Below are positions 27,400 to 35,650 of a stretch of DNA of 56,731 bases, one piece after another. The stretch is from NCBI GenBank assembly GCA_964387825.1, contig CAYLWZ010000004.1, positions 1 through 56,731 of the forward strand, read 5' to 3'. The notes beneath the pieces were generated by a model. The model saw only the letters and a list, made by a program, of their open reading frames with translations, searched no databases and was not told the origin of the DNA. Positions within the stretch are counted from its first letter, which is position 1, and each line of letters starts with the position of its first letter. A program made the position numbers and the translations under genes. The DNA is from an uncultured Candidatus Saccharibacteria bacterium. Its GTDB lineage: Bacteria; Patescibacteriota; Minisyncoccia; Minisyncoccales; GWA2-38-27.

Positions 27400-27921
27400 T
27401 TACAATGAAAGAAAATCATTGGCTTTTTTAAGGATTTCTTTCACTTTTTTAAATGATAACTGTTTAAGGGCTTCTTCGTAAGGCAGCCATTTAAAGTCCG
27501 TATGTTCAAAAGAAATTTTTACTTCTTTGGTTCTCGTTTCAGCCAATAAAAAAGTGACTATTTTAAAAACCCAAGGAGCTTTTTCTTCTTGCCCGCCTCG
27601 GCTATGCCGAAGGCGTTGCGGGCGGGCCTGCCCGCCGCGTTTTCCGTTGGAAGCGGAAGGCAAGCGAGGATTTTTTTTTAATCCATAAATATCTCGAAAA
27701 GCGTATTTTGTATACTCTTTAAACCCTTTGAGCACTCTGATGTTCTCAAGCCCGGTTTCTTCTTTAACCTCTCTTCTTGCCGTATCTTCCTCTTTTTCCC
27801 CTCCTTCAATATGCCCTTTGGGAAAACCCCAATGCCCTGCCCCATAATGAAGAAGCAGATAATAAGTTTTATTATTCTCTTTTCTGAAAATAACGGCCCC
27901 AGCCGATGTTTCTCTTGGCAT
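27400..27921 (-). CDS. NUDIX hydrolase (Ap4A hydrolase-like) with in-frame palindrome insertion
   Basis: SAGAV, WGFPKGHIE.GE...TARREVKEETG Nudix box, EH..FKWL. Confidence 0.9.
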   Translation of the reverse strand: MPRETSAGAVIFRKENNKTYYLLLHYGAGHWGFPKGHIEGGEKEEDTARREVKEETGLENIRVLKGFKEYTKYAFRDIYGLKKNPRLPSASNGKRGGQARPQRLRHSRGGQEEKAPWVFKIVTFLLAETRTKEVKISFEHTDFKWLPYEEALKQLSFKKVKEILKKANDFLSL

Positions 27922-27992
27922 ACTTACAAACCTCTTATTATTCTTAATAATATATTAAAATAACACAAAATTTTCCTAAAGACAATAAAATA

Positions 27993-28036
27993 GCCTTCTT
28001 CTAATAATGTCCGATCGGACATCATTAGAAGAAGGC
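27993..28036. repeat. 44-bp palindrome (one mismatch), TCTAATAATGTCCGATCGGACATTATTAGA family, copy 2 of 4
   Basis: GCCTTCTTCTAATAATGTCCGA|TCGGACATCATTAGAAGAAGGC. Confidence 0.95.
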
Positions 28037-28094
28037 AAAAAATCCCTTGTCGGGGTTAGACCCCGACAACCCCGGTAATCTCCCTTAAAAATAA

Positions 28095-30545
28095 TTATTC
28101 AGAAAAATTAGAAACCCATTCAGGCGCTTGTGGCGGTTCAGAGCTTAACACATCCCGCCATTTTTCATCGGTTAACCGGTCTGACATCGGCTGCTTGAAT
28201 TCGTAATAAGTCATCACCGGACCTGCTCCGATTAAAATTCTGCCATCGGGAACCTTGTAAGCAACAATGATTAAATTAACATAGCCAACTCCTTCTTCCA
28301 AAACCTGCTCGGTGTTGCCATCGGTATGAACATCGGCGATAATAGTGGTTTTTTTTGCTTTCTCGTCAACATCGGCAATCACTCCGCTTAAATTGTCGCC
28401 AAAATCCTTAATAAAATTATAGTCATCCTTAGTTAATTCTTCGTTTTTCAATTCTTTTGTTGACAAGTCAATTAATCTTTTCAGTATTTCTTCTAAATTC
28501 TCCAATCTTGATTTTGAGGCCTCGTCCAAAACATTCATCTCGTCTAAACCCTTAGTAGTCATTTTAGTTAAGGCAAGCAACCGGTTATAAAATTCTGGAA
28601 CCGGTTCAATATATCCGACAACCGGTTTTTCAGGAGGAGGCACGCACTCTAGTACCATTGTATAACTCTGTTTGGCATAGAGTATGGTATCGTGCCTTAA
28701 TTCAGCCCAGGAGGCCAAAGCAGTAGTCAATTCCTTGTCTAACCAGGCCTTATTCTGCATAAAAGTCGGATAACCAACGCCAAAATCTTTTAAGAGGGCC
28801 TTTAAAGAAAACAGCCAGCTCCAATAAAGATTTTTGTTCCAATCCGCTTCGTCAAATTTAGCAAATTCCTCTTTTAATTTATCAAAAGCGGTTTCATAAG
28901 TAATTTTATTTCCGCTTGCGTCTGTCCCTGCGTATTCAGTGTCGCCTAATTCTTTCAAAAGTTCTTTTGCTCTTTGAGAACCCAATAAAGACATTACATC
29001 CAAACCGCGAGGGAAAACCCTGGCCGGTCCCCCGTTTGTCATCTCGCAGGTAAATGCTTCACTACAATCTTGACCTGAATATTGCCCCACGTAAGGAGAA
29101 ACCATATTGGAAAACATATAAGAATCGGGAATAAATCTCTGCCCCATCAATCTAAATCCCTTGGTGTTTTCCAAACATTCATCGGCCTGCTCCGGAGTAA
29201 ATGGAGGCCAAAGCTTGGCTTTTCCTGTCCCTCCATATATTTTAGGCGACATAAATTCTGCTAATTTTGCTTTTAATTTTCCCATATTTTCTTCGCTCAA
29301 ATCATTTGGGTCAAATTTTCCCTCAAAAACCGAATCCAGGGCCTCAATATATTCATAAGGGCCTAAATCATCAGACAATCCGACATAAAAAGCGGTTACC
29401 GAATAAATCCTATCCCATTTATCTTTTAATGCTTCGCTTTCCGCAAACCTGGAAGATATTAAACTGGCCCCCATTGTTTGAATCTTGGCGTCGTAATCAG
29501 AGATAAGGGCTTTACAGGGAGGAAAGTCATTACAAGCTTCTCCCTGTCCCACCTGGTCGGTTCCTTTCAAAAGCATGCTTATCCTGCCATACCACATAAA
29601 CGCCTTGAAATAATTTTTTAATTTCTCGCTTCTCGTATAATGCCCTCTGGGAACATATTGGGAATAATCTTCTTTGTAAATAAAGAGGGGAGAATTTGAA
29701 AATTCCTGATGCTTTTCTATCAAACTTAACTCTTTTTCTACATCGTTTTTTGCAAAATCAGGAACAGCAAAAGTATATTCGTTTAATTCCTCTTTCGTGA
29801 AGAAAGCGGTTTTGTCTTGACCCTGACATTCCCAGTCGTCTTTTTTGCATTCTTCTGCAACCTGCTCAGATTTTGGCTGAAGCAAACTTAAACCAACCGC
29901 GAAATAAGCGGCATTCCTCCTTGAGGCCTCTTTTAAATCTCCCGTAGCGTTATTGTATTTTTCAACTGAGTCGTCTAAAAGTCCTTTGCTAATTTGCCAT
30001 ATTTTATCGTAAAATTCTCTTTCTTCAACCTGTCTCAAGGTTTCGTCAAACTGGATATGATACAAATGCAATAGAGAATCAGAAGTGATGAATATGGGAA
30101 TTTTCTCATCTTTTAAAACTTCATATGGATAGGTAATACTTTCTTCCTTTGAATTAAAAATATTATTTACTACAACAAAACCGTTTTTCTCCAAAAGATT
30201 TAAGGTATCATTGCTTAAAGAAATTTTTTGGGAAAAATCTGAAAAATTATTTATATGGCTAGTCTTTAAAGGCAAACTATACCGGGAAACCTGAAGGGGA
30301 ATATCCAGGGAAGGCAGAGAATAATATTTTGCTAAACTTATCTTTTCGGTTTTAACCCCGGACAAATCAATTGGTTCTGTCTTGAGAGTTGACTTTTCCG
30401 AGGGAGGTTTCGGCTGAATTGGCAAAAACGGTTTCAACCAACATTGATAGACAAGAATTCCTCCAACCAAAACGGCGCAAACTGTAATAATGCTTATCGC
30501 TACTGGAAAAGATACTTTTTTATTCACCCCGTTAGAAATTTTCAT
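28095..30545 (-). CDS. DUF3160-family membrane-anchored protein
   Basis: N-terminal TM; FITSDSLLH.YH, PRGHYT, YFKAFMWYGR, MGQRFIPDS, SWAELRHDTILYAKQ motifs. Confidence 0.85.
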   Translation of the reverse strand: MKISNGVNKKVSFPVAISIITVCAVLVGGILVYQCWLKPFLPIQPKPPSEKSTLKTEPIDLSGVKTEKISLAKYYSLPSLDIPLQVSRYSLPLKTSHINNFSDFSQKISLSNDTLNLLEKNGFVVVNNIFNSKEESITYPYEVLKDEKIPIFITSDSLLHLYHIQFDETLRQVEEREFYDKIWQISKGLLDDSVEKYNNATGDLKEASRRNAAYFAVGLSLLQPKSEQVAEECKKDDWECQGQDKTAFFTKEELNEYTFAVPDFAKNDVEKELSLIEKHQEFSNSPLFIYKEDYSQYVPRGHYTRSEKLKNYFKAFMWYGRISMLLKGTDQVGQGEACNDFPPCKALISDYDAKIQTMGASLISSRFAESEALKDKWDRIYSVTAFYVGLSDDLGPYEYIEALDSVFEGKFDPNDLSEENMGKLKAKLAEFMSPKIYGGTGKAKLWPPFTPEQADECLENTKGFRLMGQRFIPDSYMFSNMVSPYVGQYSGQDCSEAFTCEMTNGGPARVFPRGLDVMSLLGSQRAKELLKELGDTEYAGTDASGNKITYETAFDKLKEEFAKFDEADWNKNLYWSWLFSLKALLKDFGVGYPTFMQNKAWLDKELTTALASWAELRHDTILYAKQSYTMVLECVPPPEKPVVGYIEPVPEFYNRLLALTKMTTKGLDEMNVLDEASKSRLENLEEILKRLIDLSTKELKNEELTKDDYNFIKDFGDNLSGVIADVDEKAKKTTIIADVHTDGNTEQVLEEGVGYVNLIIVAYKVPDGRILIGAGPVMTYYEFKQPMSDRLTDEKWRDVLSSEPPQAPEWVSNFSE

Positions 30546-30741
30546 AAGTTTTTTTCTCCCCCGTTAGAATACCATAAAATTTCTAACAGGGTTCATATTT
30601 TTAGCTTGAACTAAACCAGTAAATAATTTGCTTACAAAAAATACAAGATTTAGTTTAACCCGGTAAATTGATAATCCTTTATTATTTTATTATTTTACCA
30701 TAGATTTGCTTCAACTAAAAGGCTCTCTCTATGATCCGATA

Positions 30742-30777
30742 TCCTCTAATAATGTCCGATCGGACATTATTAGAGGA
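30742..30777. repeat. Perfect 36-bp palindrome, copy 3 of 4 (3' of the PaaX-like gene)
   Basis: TCCTCTAATAATGTCCGA|TCGGACATTATTAGAGGA. Confidence 0.95.
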
Positions 30778-30802
30778 AGACGAAAAAAACAAAAAAATAA
30801 GA

Positions 30803-31360
30803 TTACTCTAAGTCAAAACATTTCCTCATGTCTTGGTCGTCATTTATTTTTTCTATTCTCAAAAATCTAATATCCCCTTTAAAATCTATTCTCCAAAGTT
30901 TCAATAACAGAAACAATTCTTTTTCTATATCATAGGGAAAAATCCAGATGCTTTTTTGAAGTTCTTGAAATCCCATCCACTTAAGCTCGTTCCTTAAAAA
31001 TGCTCTTTCTCTTCTGTTTAATTCTGGAATATCAAAAATAATTGCCCTCCACCTTCCATCCCATTTTATTTTTTTATTTTTTTTCTCTTTAATAATGGTT
31101 CTAATAATTTCTATCCGTCCTTTGTGAGTTAGATAAAATGTATTATTTTGAAAATTAAAATATGGACTCTTTTTTAAATTAGAAACGTTTCTTGAAAAAT
31201 GGGGGAAACTAGATATCTTGTCATTATAAATACCCATCCCTTTAGTTATCTCATAGGGATTAAAAATTATCTTAATGCCTACGTCGAAGAGATCTTTTGA
31301 GGTTTCGCTCAAATAATTTAAAATTCCCTTGCTTAATGAATTTTTTCCTGGTTTTTTCAT
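30803..31360 (-). CDS. PaaX-like protein with Cas2-like C-terminal domain
   Basis: YLT.KG wing motif, then WDGRWRAIIFDIPE.R.ER..LR..L...GF..LQKSIWIFPY. Confidence 0.82.
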   Translation of the reverse strand: MKKPGKNSLSKGILNYLSETSKDLFDVGIKIIFNPYEITKGMGIYNDKISSFPHFSRNVSNLKKSPYFNFQNNTFYLTHKGRIEIIRTIIKEKKNKKIKWDGRWRAIIFDIPELNRRERAFLRNELKWMGFQELQKSIWIFPYDIEKELFLLLKLWRIDFKGDIRFLRIEKINDDQDMRKCFDLE

Positions 31361-31378
31361 AAAAATAAAAATGTTATT

Positions 31379-31414
31379 TCTTCTAATAATGTCCGATCGG
31401 ACATTATTAGAAGA
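31379..31414. repeat. Perfect 36-bp palindrome, copy 4 of 4 (18 nt upstream of the PaaX-like ATG)
   Basis: TCTTCTAATAATGTCCGA|TCGGACATTATTAGAAGA. Confidence 0.95.
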
Positions 31415-31465
31415 TTGATCTTATTCGTTGAAAACAATTTATTCCCAAAATACTTGTTCTCAAAA

Positions 31466-33238
31466 TTATCTAAAGAATTTTAAAAGTTGATTTAAAGACC
31501 AGGTATTAATAATATCTTTTTTTTCTGCCCAGCCGCGGCGCGCTTGAGATATTCCGTATTTAATATTCGCCAACTGGTCTTTATGATGAGAATCTGTATT
31601 GATGGCCATTTTCACTCCCACCTCCTTTGCTCTTCTGATATAAGAATCTTTCAGGTCTAATCTTCCCGGATAGGAATTTATTTCCAAAGCCACCCTGAAT
31701 TCTTTGGCTGCTCTTAAAACTTTATCAAAATCAATTTGATACGCCTCCCTGCGTTTAATTATCCTTCCAAAGGGATGAGCAATGATATTGATATTCGGAT
31801 TTTTAATCGCTTTAATTATTCTTTCGGTCATTTTGTCCTTCTTCATTTTAAGATTAGAATGAATTCCGGCAATAGCATAATCTAATTTCGCAAGCGCCTC
31901 GTTTTTTATATCAATTGAACCGTCTTTCAAGATATTAGTTTCCGCTCCCTGTAATACTTGAAACTTAAAACCTGAGACTTGAAACTTTTTATTCAATATA
32001 TTAATTTCCTTGCGTTGCCGGGCTAATTGTTTTTCATTCAACCCGCGCTCAATTCTCAAAAATTTTGTATGGTCGGTAATCCCCAGATATTGGTAGCCCA
32101 TTTTTTGGGCAACTTCCGCCATCTGGGTAATTGAATTTTTCCCGCCGTTCCAATCTGAATGGCAATGGAGGTCTCCCATTATGTCGTCATAGTCAATAAT
32201 CTTTGGTAATCCAGGGAGCTTGCCCTGAGCTTGTCGAAGGGCGGCTTCAATCTCTCCTCTGTTTGTTCTCATTTCCGGAGGAATCCAAGAGAGCCCGATT
32301 GCGTTATAAACTTCTTCTTCGGTTTTCCCGGCTATCATCTTTTTACCCTGAAACACTCCATATTCATTAAGTTTTAACCCCTTTTCTATGGCAATTTTTC
32401 TGGTAACAATATTATGCTCTTTTGAGCCGGTGAAATATTGAAGAGCAGAGCCGTAACTTTTTTCCGGGACCACTCTTAAGTCTATATCAAAACCGTTTCT
32501 CATTCTGACAGACGACCTTGTTAAACCTTTTCCCCAAATTTTAATAACCCCTGGTTGGGAAACAAAAAAATCCATTATTTCAGCCGCCGACTTTTCAGAT
32601 TCATCAGGTCTTTTGGATTCTTTAACAGTTATCAAAATATCAACATCGCCGACTGTCTCATTCATTCTTCTTACCGAACCGGCAACGCTTATTTTCTCAA
32701 CCTCCTTTAAGCTTTTTAATTTTCCCAAAATTTCTTCTGCCGCCGGCATTATATCGCCTAAAAGAAATCTTCCCTTGCTCTTCTTTAAAAATTTAATCGC
32801 TTCTAAAATATTCTTTTCCGTTTTCTCTCCAAAACCAAATAAAGGAGCGATTTTACGCTCCCCGGCCGCTTTTTCTAAATCTTTTAAATTTCTAATTCCC
32901 AATTTCTGATAAAGAACTTTTGCCTGTTTAGGGCCCATTCCTTCAACGCCAATTATTTCCTCTAAATTAATTGGTGTTTTCTTTTTTAATTTTTCGTAAT
33001 ATCCAATCTTTCCCGTCTTAATGTATTCTTCAATTTTTGAAGCAATGCTCTTGCCCACTCCAGGAATATTTTCCAACGCCTCTATTCCTCCTTTTTTATA
33101 AATTTTTCCAATGTCTTCTTCTAAATTTTCTACCATAATAGCCGCCTTTCTGTAAGCAGATGGTTTAAAAGCGATTTCCTCCATTTTTAGATAATCGGCA
33201 GTTGCGTAAAAAATCTTTGATAACTCCTTGTTTATCAT
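31466..33238 (-). CDS. polX: DNA polymerase X / PHP 3'-5' exonuclease
   Basis: HhH IPGVGKSIA, AGSVRR..ETVGDVD, YFTGSKEHN, DLHCHSDW, ITDH, EINS.P.RLD, TDSH. Confidence 0.93.
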   Translation of the reverse strand: MINKELSKIFYATADYLKMEEIAFKPSAYRKAAIMVENLEEDIGKIYKKGGIEALENIPGVGKSIASKIEEYIKTGKIGYYEKLKKKTPINLEEIIGVEGMGPKQAKVLYQKLGIRNLKDLEKAAGERKIAPLFGFGEKTEKNILEAIKFLKKSKGRFLLGDIMPAAEEILGKLKSLKEVEKISVAGSVRRMNETVGDVDILITVKESKRPDESEKSAAEIMDFFVSQPGVIKIWGKGLTRSSVRMRNGFDIDLRVVPEKSYGSALQYFTGSKEHNIVTRKIAIEKGLKLNEYGVFQGKKMIAGKTEEEVYNAIGLSWIPPEMRTNRGEIEAALRQAQGKLPGLPKIIDYDDIMGDLHCHSDWNGGKNSITQMAEVAQKMGYQYLGITDHTKFLRIERGLNEKQLARQRKEINILNKKFQVSGFKFQVLQGAETNILKDGSIDIKNEALAKLDYAIAGIHSNLKMKKDKMTERIIKAIKNPNINIIAHPFGRIIKRREAYQIDFDKVLRAAKEFRVALEINSYPGRLDLKDSYIRRAKEVGVKMAINTDSHHKDQLANIKYGISQARRGWAEKKDIINTWSLNQLLKFFR

Positions 33239-33241
33239 AAT

Positions 33242-33316
33242 CCCGTTTTCAGAGATGCCCCGTTGGATCAAGGGACAGTCAAGGGACAGTCAAGGGACAG
33301 TCCCTCCCCTGTCCCT
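33242..33316. repeat. (AGGGACAGTCA)x3-CCTCCCCTGT repeat, copy 2 of 2
   Basis: 42 bp identical to 24836-24877; AGGGACAG/CTGTCCCT hairpin at 33293-33316. Confidence 0.9.
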
Positions 33317-33345
33317 CTGAAACCTCTGAGGCCTTCGAAAACCTC

Positions 33346-33969
33346 TTAGTGATATTTCGGCATAGGAAATACTCCATCCTTTGAAGTTCTCGGCAGCATA
33401 TCTTTTTTAATCAGGAAAAACAAAAGAGTGGCTAATAACCCAAAAACGCTTACTCCGACAAAGAGAGGTATAAAGCCAAAAACTTTTGCTATTGTTCCTC
33501 CTAAAACACCGGCCGCTCCGGCGCCCAATCCAACAGAAGAGCTGTCCAAGCTCCAGGAAAAGGCCTCTTTCCCTTTTCCAATATGACGGGTAAAAATAGC
33601 TGACCAGGAAGGAACGGCCATAGCCATACCCAAAGCATGAATCCCTTGAAGGACGTAAATATGCCAGGGCAGAACAGCAAAAATAAAACCAATAGGCGTC
33701 AAAGACGCCAAAAGAGTTCCCCCGATTAAAGCGTAATAATCGTCTTTCTCTCCGTGGTTCCTGTCTAAATAACGGGCAATTGGTATTTGAAGAATAGATT
33801 TAAACAACCAATAAACCCCCATGGCGATTCCAGCCACTTCAACGTCTCCGCCTTTGATATTTTTTATAATATAAATAGCCAAAATAGGAGCGATAAGACC
33901 CCAGCCGGAAGCTAAAAACAAATCAGAAAAAACCATTATTTTAATAACCTTGTTGATTGATTTAAGCAT
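33346..33969 (-). CDS. Half-size MFS-type membrane protein
   Basis: About six TM segments; motif A-like PIARYLDR..G; 207 aa. Confidence 0.7.
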   Translation of the reverse strand: MLKSINKVIKIMVFSDLFLASGWGLIAPILAIYIIKNIKGGDVEVAGIAMGVYWLFKSILQIPIARYLDRNHGEKDDYYALIGGTLLASLTPIGFIFAVLPWHIYVLQGIHALGMAMAVPSWSAIFTRHIGKGKEAFSWSLDSSSVGLGAGAAGVLGGTIAKVFGFIPLFVGVSVFGLLATLLFFLIKKDMLPRTSKDGVFPMPKYH

Positions 33970-34095
33970 AAATAGTTATTGGTTGTTATTTTCTCTTTCT
34001 ATTCTATCAAAGTTTCCATCTCAACTCAAATTTTCGCAATCTCGCAGACAGAAATGCCGATGTGTAATTTTGAATTTACTTTTTTTCATCTTATA

Positions 34096-34139
34096 ATAAA
34101 AAGAGGGACGACTAAGGTTATTTCCCTTAAGTCGTCCCT
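34096..34139 (-). terminator. Intrinsic terminator after cdd
   Basis: AGGGACGACT-AAGG / CCTT-a-AGTCGTCCCT stem, adjacent A-tract on plus strand. Confidence 0.6.
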
Positions 34140-34161
34140 TGAAAAGAAATTCCCTGCCGGA

Positions 34162-34662
34162 CTAATTGCCATTTTTTATCTCCTTTGTCTCTTGAGAATT
34201 TTCTTCTAAATCTTCAGGCCCAAAAGCAGATGGAAGAAGCGCTCCAATGGTAGAGGCTTCTACTTTGTCAAATTTGGTAGTGGCCATAATAATTTTAAAG
34301 GCTCTCCTAATTCTTGACCTCTGAGCCGCTTCCAGAATCAGTTGGCGACAACTCCCGCAAGGAGAAGAAACCTCTTTGGTAGGAGAATTTTTGTTCCTAG
34401 TGACAATCGCAATCGCTACACACTCATCTCCATGGCCTTGGGAATTAGCTCTAAGCAAAGCGGCTCTTTCCGCGCAGATAGAATCTCCGTAAGAAGCGCT
34501 CTCAAAATTCGTGCCAGTGATTATCTTATTGTCTTCGGTTAGGACCGCAGCCCCGACTTGAAAGCCGGAGTAGGGAGAATAAGATCTTCTTAATACAGCC
34601 TTCGCAGCTTTCAATAATTTTTGTTCAATCTCAGAAAGAGATTCAAAAGATGTTTTAGCCAT
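34162..34662 (-). CDS. cdd: Cytidine deaminase (homotetrameric type)
   Basis: SYSPYSGFQVGAA, G.N.ESASYG..ICAER, SPCGSCRQ; SD AAAGGAGGTGAT. Confidence 0.92.
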   Translation of the reverse strand: MAKTSFESLSEIEQKLLKAAKAVLRRSYSPYSGFQVGAAVLTEDNKIITGTNFESASYGDSICAERAALLRANSQGHGDECVAIAIVTRNKNSPTKEVSSPCGSCRQLILEAAQRSRIRRAFKIIMATTKFDKVEASTIGALLPSAFGPEDLEENSQETKEIKNGN

Positions 34663-34772
34663 TGTTATCACCTCCTTTCATTTTTTCAACGACCTAACAT
34701 CGTCTTAATCTGTCCAGCTTTTAAAAGAACTATATATCTTGCAAAAGGACTCGTATTACTTATACTATAATT

Positions 34773-35609
34773 ATGATGAAACGCAAGCCCCAACGCCAAA
34801 AAACTAAAGTCAATCCCAAAAGAAAAAACTGGCGACGCCAATTTCGGTCGTTAGTTACGGGCAAACAAAAAAATTGGAATAAAGAAAAGGGAAGGGAATG
34901 GGGGAAAAATGCCGATTTTTGGATTAAAATCATTAGAGAGAAACTGGACCCTTTTCGGGAGATAATAACCAATCAAGCAATTTTGGAATCATTAAAAAGA
35001 GAAAAAAATCTTAAAATTTTTGATGCCGGATGCGGAGAAGGATATTTGTGCAGAAAATTGGCTAAAAAGGGACATCGGGTCTTCGGGATTGACTTTTCCA
35101 AAAAACTTATTGAAGCGGCTAGAAACTTGGAAAGAAAAAAACCGTTAGGGATTAAATATTTCCGGGGAGATTTTAGGAAAACAAATTTTCCTTCTTCTTG
35201 TTTTGATGTAATCTTGTCCCACCAAACCATCAATGAAATTAAAAACCCTGAAAAAGCGCTTAAGGAATTTTTCAGGGTTTTAAAAAGAAAGGGAAAGTTA
35301 GTTTGTCTTTTTTTACATCCTTGTTTTGATTCTAAAAAACCGAATTCTTTAAATTATTTTCAAGAAAAGAAGATACAAAAAGGATATTATCTGGTAAGCG
35401 GAATTAAATCGCCCTGGCCTTACTTTTATCTCCATTTGTCTCTTTCTAAATGGACAGAACTTTTAATCAAGTCTGGTTTTTCAATTTCAAATATCAAAGA
35501 ACCTCATCCTCCTCTGAAATTTTTTCAAAAGAAATGGTGGAAAGAAAATTTTAATCGGCCCCGATTTATTTTAATTGAAGCCGAAAAGACTGTGCCTAAA
35601 AAGGATTAA
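34773..35609 (+). CDS. Class I SAM-dependent methyltransferase
   Basis: IFDAGCGEG, GIDFS, FDVIL, VLKRKGKL motifs. Confidence 0.88.
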   Translation: MMKRKPQRQKTKVNPKRKNWRRQFRSLVTGKQKNWNKEKGREWGKNADFWIKIIREKLDPFREIITNQAILESLKREKNLKIFDAGCGEGYLCRKLAKKGHRVFGIDFSKKLIEAARNLERKKPLGIKYFRGDFRKTNFPSSCFDVILSHQTINEIKNPEKALKEFFRVLKRKGKLVCLFLHPCFDSKKPNSLNYFQEKKIQKGYYLVSGIKSPWPYFYLHLSLSKWTELLIKSGFSISNIKEPHPPLKFFQKKWWKENFNRPRFILIEAEKTVPKKD

Positions 35610-35650
35610 GAGTGTGGGATTCAAACCAGAATCCCGCGCTCTAATCTTTC

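Noticed and set aside
30803-31360. CRISPR-Cas locus (Cas2-like protein with repeats)
   Set aside because: No cas1 or effector genes and no repeat-spacer array; the palindromes are isolated copies kilobases apart.
33239-33271. N-terminal extensions of polX, and likewise glyA, rnj, ftsK, AI-2E and M16
   Set aside because: They come from upstream repeats or AT-rich spacers; homology begins at a downstream ATG.
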